This document shows positions 51,619 through 63,094 of a DNA stretch of 63,094 nt, piece after piece. Source of the DNA: Aplysia californica (taxonomy: Eukaryota); contig NW_004797688.1 of assembly GCF_000002075.1 (NCBI RefSeq), positions 368,941 through 432,034 on the forward strand. Reading direction: 5' to 3'. Each line of letters opens with the position of its first letter. Within the stretch, counting starts at the first letter, position 1. The translations under genes and the position numbers were made by a program. Below the pieces are notes generated by a model that made no database searches, was not told where the DNA came from, and worked only from the letters and a program-made list of their open reading frames with translations.

Positions 51619-52214
51619 TTTTGTTCCTATTTGCACTGTACTCGATGACACTGTGGCTGCTATTGTTTCTACTACCACACCTAATGATTTTCCTTACGAT
51701 AATTCCATATTTTCTTTCTAAAATTGATTTCCTGCTTATACCGCCATTGCAGGCAACCACCGTGCTCTTAATTATTTCGGCCTTCCCAGTTTTTCCCCCT
51801 CTCGTGCTTTTTCTGCTTCTTCCTTGGCTTTGTTCCTGCAGCGGAAGCCTTTATTGCTTAGGGATGTTTTAGTTTGTGTCTTCCGTAGCAGCCCCAATCG
51901 GCTCGTTGGTGTTGTACTGGATCTTGGTGCAAGTGACCCTGGTTCTATTCTCTATTTGTGGTCTCTTGAACATATCCTTTTAAGAAGTCTTCCTGGTACT
52001 CCGTTCACTGGGCATGTTCTATTGTAGTTAGAGGATAATAATCGAAATCACTGCTTCTTACTGACCATAAATTATGTACTAGGTTTAGAGGTACTGTATG
52101 CTGATTCTACAGCATTTCGCGTACGACGCAGGTTCATTGAATGTCAAGTAATCCATCCTCAGCTAATGTACCGTAGATAATGGAATATACATGTTTTGCG
52201 TCGCCATTGGCACA

Positions 52215-52372
52215 ATTCAAATCTTCTACCCAGTCAACCCGGGCTGAAAGGGATACAATATCTCAGCAGAAAGATCAAGATGCTCGATAAAATCTATTCC
52301 AGGATGGGAATCGAACTCTGGTGTCCTGCCAGCGACGCCTAGGCGCCAAATGGCTACCCCACAGACACCGAT
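52215..52372 (-). mobile_element. tRNA-derived SINE, family C
   Basis: B box GAGTTCGATTCC; 20-nt exact match AACCCGGGCTGAAAGGGATA with the 6778-6970 copy. Confidence 0.75.
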
Positions 52373-54184
52373 CAGCGGTCCGCTCTGAATAGCGCCGATA
52401 GTGTTGTGTAAAGCGGAAGGCAACTGTAACAGATGTAATTTCATAACTCAGTATCATGGCTGTCGGAACAAGGTGCGACGGTAACTTTACATAATTTATG
52501 AAGTGTGAGCAGTGTTTGCTTGTATGTGGGTTTACTCACACACAGGAACATGGCTCATAGTTTCCTCTCCATAAATTTTGCTGCCACTGTTTTTATAGAC
52601 TGTTCAGGTTATTGCTCACTGGAAACATAACGCCTGTTCGAAGCTCATGCGTGTCTTCCTCGTTTGGTATTAGAAAGCTTATAATGTCTTTTAATGGCGC
52701 ACATTAATGTTGTATTGGGCGTATACATGTACCATTTATCGAGCACCAACGGTTGGACAAAAACAAACTGAAAGCCATTTTGATTATGAACTCCAATACA
52801 ACCTAAGATGAAGAATGAGCCTCTGAAATTCTAAACATTGCTATGCCAAATTCCACTCAGCATGATATCAACAGCACCAACAGGGTGCCCAGTTTTAGCC
52901 TCTGTTCATTTGCATTCTTCACTTTAATGTCAAAGTGTTACAAAATAATTGTCGTCTCTCCCTCCCCATGGAAGCCTCACCTGACTTCACAGTACTTATT
53001 TAGCCTACCAGATCTTTCCAAATTACAATGGATCGGTGAGTGTCTTTCAGCCCCCATCTCATATTGTCTCGTCTCTGCTATTTTCAAGGAGGCGCTCCCT
53101 TTGCTGGCTGGATAACAGGCTTGGCAACGATGAGGAAGGCAATTGTTGCAATTTTTAGTGTTATTTTAAATAAGAGTTGCAGCGCTTTTCCAATACGAAT
53201 AGATCTAGATCATGTGCCGAAGGTTAGAGGTCACGAGGAAAGGAAGATGGATGTTTGATAGGAAAGAAGTGGCAAATCGCATCAGAGCACCCGCAAACTA
53301 ACAACTTTCTAATCTCAAAATCGAAGTTCATAAAACTATTTGGTTTGTCGGGATTTCTGGGCTCTCCACCCGTCCGTTGTTGTTGTTGTTTTATTTTTGG
53401 TACTGTCAGAGAGGAACGAAAATCCTCTGTTTCTGTTCTTATAATAACCTTGTACTGTTGAAAGGAGCGTTAAAGCCATAGCTTACAACTGTGAAAACTC
53501 CGATTTTATCATTGCCAAGCAGTCATTTGGGGCTGGACAAACTAAAAAAAAAGAAGTAAAGAGGAGAATTATCCCCCACTCGTGAGGAGTACACCGCCCG
53601 AGCCGATGAACGCTTAAATCGAACTCAAAACCCTATTTGGGGCGGCAAGCCAACGTCTGTACAGGATACCAGATTACCTCTCGATTTTGATTGTCCTAAT
53701 CTAGTACTAGAATCGTGCAGGTTGCAGGGAGCTTATTTTCTTCTCAATATCACATTATAAGATCATGGTTGCGTGTGGTATGGTCTGTCGCTTCAAACTA
53801 TCAAAACTCTGTTAGAGGTTTTGGACACAGCCATCTGCGTCTCGCATCAATAGAATTTTGAAAGGACATGATCACCGAAATTTTAAATTTCACGAGGGGG
53901 GGGGGGGGGGATGTTCCAATAGGTGGTCAATGGAATAAGAAAATTAAAAACGCCTAGTTGTACCATAGTAAAAGCGGTTGCACATTTGAAATCTCGCTCC
54001 TGCAATGCTCTTAGATGGGAATGTCCACAAGAACAATGATGCTCCCCCTCCCCCCCCCCCCACTTCCACAACCTTCACACCCCCCCCTTCCCCCAAATCT
54101 GAGGTCAAACTCTCCTGACTAACACTTTTAGCTAATTGGTCCCAGATTTTGTGTCGAACAAAGTGCTTGCCCACAATTATTTCT

Positions 54185-54403
54185 CACCAGGTTGCTGGGT
54201 TCGCGGAAGGAATTACTCGTCTTTCGGTCAGGATATCTTACGTTCGTATCAGCTTGATTTTGATACCAAGAAAACTTTTTCCAGCAAGTCCAACTAATGT
54301 CTCTAGGTCCTATCGGAGACGGACGTTAAACTAGGAGGTCCCGTCCCTTAAATAACCTAATAGTGTTGATAGGGGCGTTAAAACCGTACCATTTCACCAT
54401 TTT
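54185..54403 (+). mobile_element. Degenerate SINE with Meta-domain-like core and ACCAT tail
   Basis: CGTTCGTATC B-box-like, TCGGAGACGGACGTTAAACTAGGAGGTCCCGT core, ends GGGCGTTAAAACCGTACCATTTCACCAT. Confidence 0.6.
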
Positions 54404-54919
54404 TTCCCGAATGTCTGTGGTTCGTCCAGTGGCAGGTGAATTATAAAACATAGAAGCAGCCTCTTAAAATAACTCATTTATTTGTATCGGAAGTGTACGA
54501 GTCTAGATTTAAACATAAACACCACCTCAGCGATACTGCATGCTAGTATTGTTTATCTTGTACAATGTAGTGGTGGAATGTAGGTGCTCTTTACCTCAGG
54601 AAGAGGTAGGCTGAGCAAAAAGACGGATTGGGGGAGTCATGGGAACCCTGTAAAACTATAATATCCTGGTTGAAAGAGCTGCAGAGTTGACCTACGATAA
54701 AAAAATCGCATCTCCCCTCGACGTTGAACAACATCAGAGGATGAAAACGTTTTTAAAACAATGTAAAATGCATTTCTGAAACTTTTCTTTGCGTTATGCA
54801 ATGTGATATATTAATTTACCTTAGTCGATGGTGTAGCACTTAGGCTCTTTGCTGTCATTCGCAGAAAACAGAGTGGGAGAATTTTTTATCGAGTTTTCGG
54901 TCTCTCTGATGGGACATCG

Positions 54920-54921
<2 letters not shown>

Positions 54922-55003
<82 letters not shown>
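54922..55003. repeat. (CT)n microsatellite
   Basis: Perfect dinucleotide run. Confidence 0.97.
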
Positions 55004-55008
<5 letters not shown>

Positions 55009-55052
55009 GGGTTGGCCCCGATAGGCAGGGTCGAAGCTCGACTCCTAAATCA

Positions 55053-55269
55053 CTACCCTAGAGTTACAAAGTTCTATCTGCTCAGTGTCTAGTTTGGAGA
55101 AATCTGACGTCAAGCTTTGTAAGTTTCACAACATGTCAAGCTTTTTCGAATGCAATTCTTTGAATATATTGATAGAGTAGACTAAAAGTTTGATTTCTGA
55201 TCTAATGAACTAAGTAACTCAAAAAGGCCCACAAAAAAATGTCAGATAGAACTTTGTAATCTGAGGTAG
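55053..55269 (+). mobile_element. MITE family D
   Basis: TIRs CTACCCTAGAGTTACAAAGTTCTATCTG / CAGATAGAACTTTGTAATCTGAGGTAG. Confidence 0.8.
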
Positions 55270-55347
55270 CGAAATGATATAGATTGTATCGACAGGGGAG
55301 TAAAAACGTCAACATAAACGAAGTTTAAGAGAGGTCTAAAGACACAT

Positions 55348-55414
55348 TTCTTCTTCTTCTTCTTCTTCTTCTTCTTCTTCTTCTTCTTCTTCTTCTTCTT
55401 TTTTCTTCTTCTTC
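55348..55414. repeat. (TTC)n microsatellite
   Basis: Direct trinucleotide run. Confidence 0.97.
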
Positions 55415-55944
55415 CAATTATTATGAAGTGTGACATATTAAATTGATGACAACCAGCATACTTACTCAGAAAACATGTTTTGCTGCCCGTTTCATTAAGC
55501 AGACCGATGTGTTTACTCAGCATAAAATTGTATATTTTTTGACAACCACGCCTTCGGTGATCACATTTACTAAGCATGCCCATGTAGTCATATTTGTGTT
55601 CAATGATGCTGCCCAATTTAGATCGCTAGTTTTTCCATTTCATTTTACAGACGTAGACGCCCTGAATGATGGACAGCAAATAAATTCATGGAAATCAACA
55701 GCATGAATCGTCCATCTGTCTCTCTCATCAATATTATTTCAACGTCATGATATCACTCCCAAGTAGGTTAATTGTAATATACAGACCGGTAACAAAGGCT
55801 TATTTCCAACAGTGAAGCACATGATCATCTCTGGTTACCCGTAGATGTATTATATTATTATATTATCTGATCATTACTTGCATCGATGCAATGTTGTTTC
55901 TGTTCTTTCATTCAAATTTATGATGCCACACAGGCAGCTGAAAG

Positions 55945-56140
55945 CTGTGTGTTTGTGTGCGTGCGTGCACCTATTATATATAATGTATGTGTGTGTGCGT
56001 GTGTGTTTGTGTGTGTGTGTGTGTGTGTTGTGTGTTCACGTGCGTGTGTGGGCATGGGGTGTGTGTGTATGTGTGTATGTGTATGCGCGTGCGTGTGTGG
56101 GTGTGAGTGTGTATAAGTGTGTGTTTTGGCGACAGTGTGT
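55945..56140. repeat. Degenerate (GT)n microsatellite
   Basis: GT/GC dinucleotide runs. Confidence 0.9.
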
Positions 56141-56553
56141 TTTTCCATGCACCAGAAGGCTGTTCAGGACCCAGGCTGAACGTACAGAGTTTTTAGAAAT
56201 TCTAACCCATCGTTTGTGGATTGTAAAATTGTTTCGCCCATAATTGAAGCAAAAATCAATATTTAAGGGGCAGCCACCTACTTTGTCGCTATTGCTGGAG
56301 AAATCTAGTTATGGAAGGCAAGCCTTTGAAATTTTAATAGCCTGGACAGAAGAGGCGTTACGAAAAAACGGCCATTTTATTTGTCCTGTTCTGAATTGTA
56401 TGCTACAGTGACATTGAATGTATTGACGTGCTTGCCATGCAAAATCACTTTCTTGTGAAACAGATGCAAACAAAATTTCGAATAGTCCTAAAGAATCGAG
56501 TCACTGGTTGTCTCCGCAGCGAATTTATGTTCTTTTGCTCTAGTTATAGCATA

Positions 56554-56975
56554 TGTGTGAGGCATCGTGGGGAAATCAGGCTTTCGTCAAAATAATGAAG
56601 CCGAGGAAATCGACATTTTCCAGCTCCTTCAGCAAAATTTTATTGCTTTTTTGTGTGGCTCAATGCCCTTTTATGCCCATTTAAAATATATTCGATGTGG
56701 ATATTTTATTGTAAAACGTTGATTAAAGGGGCACAAAAATGTAAATCTTCTGTTTCCAAAGACACTAAAGGTAGGGAATTCATCAAACTTTGACGGCAAT
56801 TTGCGCTAAATGTACACCAGACGTCTCCACCTCCTTCAGTCGCAAATATCTCGACTTCTATTCAAGATATAGATCTATGGGTATTCTTTCACCTAAAGGA
56901 AAACAAACAATATCCAACAAATCTACATCATACCCAAAATGTGACGAGCGCCTGATTTCATCACGTCGTAGCATA
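56554..56975 (+). mobile_element. MITE family B, full-length copy
   Basis: TIRs TGTGTGAGGCATCGTGGGGAAATCAGGCTTTCGTCA / TGACGAGCGCCTGATTTCATCACGTCGTAGCA. Homologous to copies at 2040, 8835 and 39282. Confidence 0.8.
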
Positions 56976-59900
56976 TTCAATATTTTATCTTGCTCGGCAA
57001 AGACAGTCTCCGATTGTCTCGTTAAAAGGTAAATGTCACACGAAGTTGCTTGACATTCTCATGAGAATCGAGTCCATTTAGCTCTAAACAAGTCAGTCTC
57101 AGGACAGACTTGAAATACAATTGTGAAAGGACTCCCTTTTCACACCCGCTCCTCCCCAACCCCCTCTCACATTTCCGTTTTGGGCTCGTATGTACTCAGA
57201 TGTGAAGAAAATTAGTATTTTTATTTTATTTGAAAAAAAAAACTTCCCCAGAAATAAAAGGAAATATGTACTGGCATGAACTTGCAGGCCTCCTCAGATA
57301 ATAATATAGCTTTTTAAACAAATCTTTTTTACCACTTCTGGCATTATTTAAATCCTATTCTTAGCGACAAGTTAGAAAGATTGCGGTAGATCGAAGTTTC
57401 CATAAATAGTTTTATAAAGTGACCCTGAGATATTTCGTGGGTGGCAGTGATAAAAAAAGCGATTGCTCGCTTGTGTAATTCGTGTGTGTACGAGCGTANN
57501 NNNNNNNNNNNNNNNNNNNNNNNNNNNNNNNNNNNNNNNNNNNNNNNNNNNNNNNNNNNNNNNNNNNNNNNNNNNNNNNNNNNNNNNNNNNNNNNNNNNN
57601 NNNNNNNNNNNNNNNNNNNNNNNNNNNNNNNNNNNNNNNGAGNNNNNNNNNNNNNNNNNNNNNNNNNNNNNNNNNNNNNNNNNNNNNNNNNNNNNNNNNN
57701 NNNNNNNNNNNNNNNNNNNNNNNNNNNNNNNNNNNNNNNNNNNNNNNNNNNNNNNNNNNNNNNNNNNNNNNNNNNNNNNNNNNNNNNNNNNNNNNNNNNN
57801 NNNNNNNNNNNNNNNNNNNNNNNNNNNNNNNNNNNNNNNNNNNNNNNNNNNNNNNNNNNNNNNNNNNNNNNNNNNNNNNNNNNNNNNNNNNNNNNNNNNN
57901 NNNNNNNNNNNNNNNNNNNNNNNNNNNNNNNNNNNNNNNNNNNNNNNNNNNNNNNNNNNNNNNNNNNNNNNNNNNNNNNNNNNNNNNNNNNNNNNNNNNN
58001 NNNNNNNNNNNNNNNNNNNNNNNNNNNNNNNNNNNNNNNNNNNNNNNNNNNNNNNNNNNNNNNNNNNNNNNNNNNNNNNNNNNNNNNNNNNNNNNNNNNN
58101 NNNNNNNNNNNNNNNNNNNNNNNNNNNNNNNNNNNNNNNNNNNNNNNNNNNNNNNNNNNNNNNNNNNNNNNNNNNNNNNNNNNNNNNNNNNNNNNNNNNN
58201 NNNNNNNNNNNNNNNNNNNNNNNNNNNNNNNNNNNNNNNNNNNNNNNNNNNNNNNNNNNNNNNNNNNNNNNNNNNNNNNNNNNNNNNNNNNNNNNNNNNN
58301 NNNNNNNNNNNNNNNNNNNNNNNNNNNNNNNNNNNNNNNNNNNNNNNNNNNNNNNNNNNNNNNNNNNNNNNNNNNNNNNNNNNNNNNNNNNNNNNNNNNN
58401 NNNNNNNNNNNNNNNNNNNNNNNNNNNNNNNNNNNNNNNNNNNNNNNNNNNNNNNNNNNNNNNNNNNNNNNNNNNNNNNNNNNNNNNNNNNNNNNNNNNN
58501 NNNNNNNNNNNNNNNNNNNNNNNNNNNNNNNNNNNNNNNNNNNNNNNNNNNNNNNNNNNNNNNNNNNNNNNNNNNTGTGTGCGTGTGTGTGTGTGTGTGT
58601 GTGTTTGTGTAAACTAAAAACCGGGGGTGGGGGTCATTTGCACTATGGTGTCTTTACGATGTTTCAGGAACAGACTCGATCGTGTGTCTAGAGATGTCGT
58701 TTCAACAATTAGATTCATGAATATTCATCATTTACACATTACCGTATGGCAAGATAGTTTTAACGTCCCTTCAAGAACTTCAAGGTTATCTCAGACAAGG
58801 AAACTTCAACTTAACATTTATCCTCGTTATGACTGAGCCAGACAGGTGAAGAGGTTTGAACACCCCCCCCCGAACCCCTGAAGGTCCCAAGTTTAAAAAG
58901 TCTAGTCAGTTGGAGAATAAAACAAGAGCCATTGTTACAACAACCAAACATGATTTCAACTTTTGCGCAAGCAATAATCAGTATGCGATATGATCTTCAC
59001 CTATATCTAGACTGTAAGTTTAAGAGACAGAGGTTCAATTTTACGAGTGAAGTAGTGTAAAACTGCCAGGTAAATTGGAAACTTTAACTTTACAAAAATC
59101 AAACTTATGTTTTTTGTCGCTTACAAACAAACATAAATGATCTGAGAATGTGTCAAGACTACCATGAGACAGCAGCAAGAGCATACAACAAGAAATCAGA
59201 CCATCTTCCAGGAAGGGGGCAGGTCCAGGAAAAAAAATATGGTTACATGGGGACAGAGACACATAAGTAAAGTAGAACATAAACATGCAACAGGTGATAC
59301 AACAAACAAGAGGAAGACATTTTCTTCTCCTCTCGGCACCGCAGCGTAACAAAAGCCTGAAAAATTAAAAATGGAAAAAGGAAACAACAAACAAACGCCA
59401 AGATTCCCAGCCCTAACCTGAAGAACACATTTTATCAACACAACACATTTATTGACTGACGATAACACGCTTGCAACAGCAACGGGGAACCACAATGGAA
59501 CAATGTGTTCCTTTTTCTTTTGGGACGAAAAATTTCTCCGGTCTCTGAACAACGGTGTCCTGGGTCGTTGGCTGAAACCTATAAATATTTCATCCCCTTT
59601 ATTAAACTGCTGCGAATGCACTACCAACACAACTCCATGCATGTTCGTCGCTATGATTGCGCCTGCTTTCTTTCACGCTGCACAAACTCAATTTTCTGAA
59701 CAAACGTATTCATTTTTTAATGCTAGATTTGTTTCACGCTTTCAAGCAATCTGTTAATCAGAAAGGTTTTTGTCTTCAGAGAAGCGTCCTGCCAGGGGAA
59801 GCAACAGATTATACAGACATTGCGATTGTCTCCCCTTGCGATTGCGATTGTGCGCATGTTCTTCGAGAGGCAGCCAGTAAATTAAATATGTATAAAAACG

Positions 59901-62900
59901 TAGGTGGGTTAGGCACGTCGTAGGAATGTCACTTTCTGAGTCTTTATGGGGTTTCGAGGGCTCTTGTATTGGACTCAAAAGCTAATTAGGGGTTTTCTGA
60001 ATTGGAGCATTGCTTTTTTCTGTATTGATTGAGTAGAAAGAAAGCGGAGGAAAAATGGTTTCAGAAAAGATTTATCTGTGAATAAGAGAAAAGAAGGAGG
60101 AAAAGTGAGAGGATTTTCTATTTTTGTTCTTCTTGACCTTCTTGTTCTTTCCCCCCTCCACAGCAATAGTTGCCATTCATCCTCGCTTTCTTTCTTCTTT
60201 CTATTTCTTGGGTTCACAAACAGTTCTGTAAAAGTACAGAACACTATGAACTCTTAGAAAAACACACAGCATTTAGATGGAAGTGATAGTTATTATTATA
60301 ATATCCACAGGCTCATGGGCTCAGTTCTCTGAGCAATAACCATATCACCACGACCGAGTGGGTGGTAGGCACTCCCGCCTCGAGAACTGAGGCCTCCCCG
60401 ATCACCTCATACCAATAACAATGTTATGATGGTCGGTCTCTCAACAAGACGCATGCGTGCGGAATAGAATGTGATGAGTAGTAATGGGGATGTGAGAGGC
60501 TCTCTCTGATGTTTTTATGAAGAGGCAATAGAGCGAACAGAGCCACTGTGATGAAACGAGTGTTTGTGGCAGGTGGCTGGTATTGAGCGTTGAACCAAAG
60601 TGAATTTATGTGGAGTGGAAGGATTGGAGGGGATTGGGGGTGGGTTGGGGGAGGTGAGGGGAGATATACCAGACTATAGGTATCGAGACACATCATACGT
60701 ATCAATGACTTTCGTTGTAGGTATTGGTATATAGTCTTACTTTACTGGGGTACGGTCTTGTTTCTTACCCACCTCGAACAAATTAAGAAACGTTAGCATT
60801 TTGAACAACTTTCTCGCCTATTTTGATGTAACAACAGACATCCACCTCTTAAACGTGAGTTTTTATTTGAAATGTAAACTCGATTTTAAGAAAAAACTTC
60901 CAATAGCAGGCTGAAAAAAATTCCCAAACAATCAATTTGCGACAGTCAGTCGCTGTGTATGAACGGTTTTGTGACAGACATGCTGTGTATAAGGAAAAAA
61001 TAAACAAACAAACCCTCCACCAAAACAAAAATGGCCAGAAAAGAAAACAAAACCAAACTAAACCCATTAAAACACAGAATAGCTGGTCTCGCCCGCCTCC
61101 CNNNNNNNNNNNNNNNNNNNNNNNNNNNNNNNNNNNNNNNNNNNNNNNNNNNNNNNNNNNNNNNNNNNNNNNNNNNNNNNNNNNNNNNNNNNNNNNNNNN
61201 NNNNNNNNNNNNNNNNNNNNNNNNNNNNNNNNNNNNNNNNNNNNNNNNNNNNNNNNNNNNNNNNNNNNNNNNNNNNNNNNNNNNNNNNNNNNNNNNNNNN
61301 NNNNNNNNNNNNNNNNNNNNNNNNNNNNNNNNNNNNNNNNNNNNNNNNNNNNNNNNNNNNNNNNNNNNNNNNNNNNNNNNNNNNNNNNNNNNNNNNNNNN
61401 NNNNNNNNNNNNNNNNNNNNNNNNNNNNNNNNNNNNNNNNNNNNNNNNNNNNNNNNNNNNNNNNNNNNNNNNNNNNNNNNNNNNNNNNNNNNNNNNNNNN
61501 NNNNNNNNNNNNNNNNNNNNNNNNNNNNNNNNNNNNNNNNNNNNNNNNNNNNNNNNNNNNNNNNNNNNNNNNNNNNNNNNNNNNNNNNNNNNNNNNNNNN
61601 NNNNNNNNNNNNNNNNNNNNNNNNNNNNNNNNNNNNNNNNNNNNNNNNNNNNNNNNNNNNNNNNNNNNNNNNNNNNNNNNNNNNNNNNNNNNNNNNNNNN
61701 NNNNNNNNNNNNNNNNNNNNNNNNNNNNNNNNNNNNNNNNNNNNNNNNNNNNNNNNNNNNNNNNNNNNNNNNNNNNNNNNNNNNNNNNNNNNNNNNNNNN
61801 NNNNNNNNNNNNNNNNNNNNNNNNNNNNNNNNNNNNNNNNNNNNNNNNNNNNNNNNNNNNNNNNNNNNNNNNNNNNNNNNNNNNNNNNNNNNNNNNNNNN
61901 NNNNNNNNNNNNNNNNNNNNNNNNNNNNNNNNNNNNNNNNNNNNNNNNNNNNNNNNNNNNNNNNNNNNNNNNNNNNNNNNNNNNNNNNNNNNGGTTGCCA
62001 TTTTAAATTTTAACAAAGATATTTCTTAGAGATGATTTATCGCCGTAATGTTTTGAAATATAGTTTCTTTGATTAAACTCAAATATATAATTTTACAAGG
62101 GCACACCAAGTTTGAAATATCGGAAAGTGAGGGAACAGCCGTCAAACCCAGGTGCGTAATATTTACTTTAACAATCTGGTATTGGAGACAAAGAGGCTTA
62201 AGATATTGTCTGATTTATTACTGTTTTACTTTTAGCACACATATAACAAAAGGCCAGTAATTATAATGCATGTGAGTTAGGATGATTTACAGTCTTAATC
62301 TCAAGAATTATACTACAGATCAAAGACATTTACAATTCATATTATGAGAACTTTCTATATCTTTTTTTTTTTAAATTGCCGAGACAGGCTTCATTTGAAA
62401 ATTGGGTTCACTCTGTAGTCCCTATTTATTTGGTATTGTAAACGTGACTAAACATGAAAACAGAGTTCCATGGTCTTACTTAATGATCGCACAGCAAGAA
62501 AACGCAGTGTTATTTTTTTATCCTTCAAGATTTTTGAAAAGGCAGTGAAAACTTGCCTCTACAGGAAAAGAAAATACATTGATGAGAGCACGTCTGGTCC
62601 TAGTCTTCAACGGGGGTCATAATGTCATATCTATAATATTATATTTCCCTTTTTAAGATGTGGAAACATTTTTTAAAAACGTCAAAGTAGCATTACAGAA
62701 CTTCAATTTCAGATATGGGGAACAAGTAAAGTGGAAACGGGCTGTGATGTTCGATATTATTTCTGTACGGGACCACTGAGTACAGTTTCATCCCAAGGAA
62801 ATACGTATGTTTTCAGAGCATACTTGGGTAACAGAAGGACGAATCTATTATCTTTTATCATATTTCCCCCCTTGCTAAATATATAGCCTTGGGTTTATAA

Positions 62901-63094
62901 ACTTAAAAAAAACCAAAACTACAACTTAGGTTTAAGGGTCTGGGTACCTCAAAAGTATATTATGATATTAGGATATCGCACAATGCTAGTCCCAGATAGA
63001 ATCAGACAGTGAAATATAATGATGTTAAGTCAAATTAAATGAGATCATGGGATATTCCTGAATGTGAAAGATACACCCTACATCTGCCCCTATC

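Noticed and set aside
51290-51721. Poly-Cys ORF resembling a metallothionein or toxin
   Set aside because: It is the translation of a (TGT/TGC)n microsatellite.
51890-51955. tRNA-like A/B boxes (also ~3090-3170, ~7430-7480, ~53610-53670, ~60350-60400)
   Set aside because: No cloverleaf; these are decayed SINE heads at most, not tRNA genes.
5487-52436. Repeated AACAGATG/CATCTGTT E-box motifs (5488, 11911, 32385, 33246, 50712, 52428)
   Set aside because: Scattered, several further instances fall inside LINEs, and enrichment cannot be shown without statistics.
24123-62029. Long ORFs spanning N-runs (e.g. 24123..25160, 27851..28870, 57441..58691, 60937..62013)
   Set aside because: Artefacts of translating Ns and flanking microsatellites.
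1-63094. CRISPR arrays, operons or prokaryotic systems
   Set aside because: The sequence is eukaryotic repeat-rich DNA; there are no regularly spaced repeats with unique spacers and no dense gene packing.

Overview
Repeat-rich, AT-rich eukaryotic (metazoan) intronic or intergenic DNA with many N-runs. The repeat content suggests an invertebrate, probably a mollusc (inference only). No intact host gene, rRNA, functional tRNA or CRISPR array is supportable. The window is a layered transposable-element landscape. (1) A near full-length but disabled I-group (Ingi/Nimb-like) LINE at ~16.95-22.0 kb whose single reconstructed ORF reads basic N-terminus, three tandem PHD-like fingers, APE, RT, RNase H, CCHC knuckle, (CAA)n tail. 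(2) A disabled RTE-clade LINE on the minus strand (~34.9-38.6 kb), interrupted by a TTAA-flanked MITE and possibly preceded by an SGNH-esterase-like ORF1 remnant. (3) A 5'-truncated second I-group LINE inserted into a MITE. (4) A mariner with DD35D spacing, an internally deleted Tc1/mariner relic, and a PIF/Harbinger transposase relic. (5) Several MITE families, tRNA-derived SINEs (one Meta-domain SINE flanked by ~135-bp direct repeats), RTE 3' fragments and microsatellites. The most notable observations are the triple-PHD LINE, the very long apparent TSD around the SINE, the possible esterase ORF1 on an RTE, and an RFX X-box+YY1 cassette shared by different TTAA MITEs.
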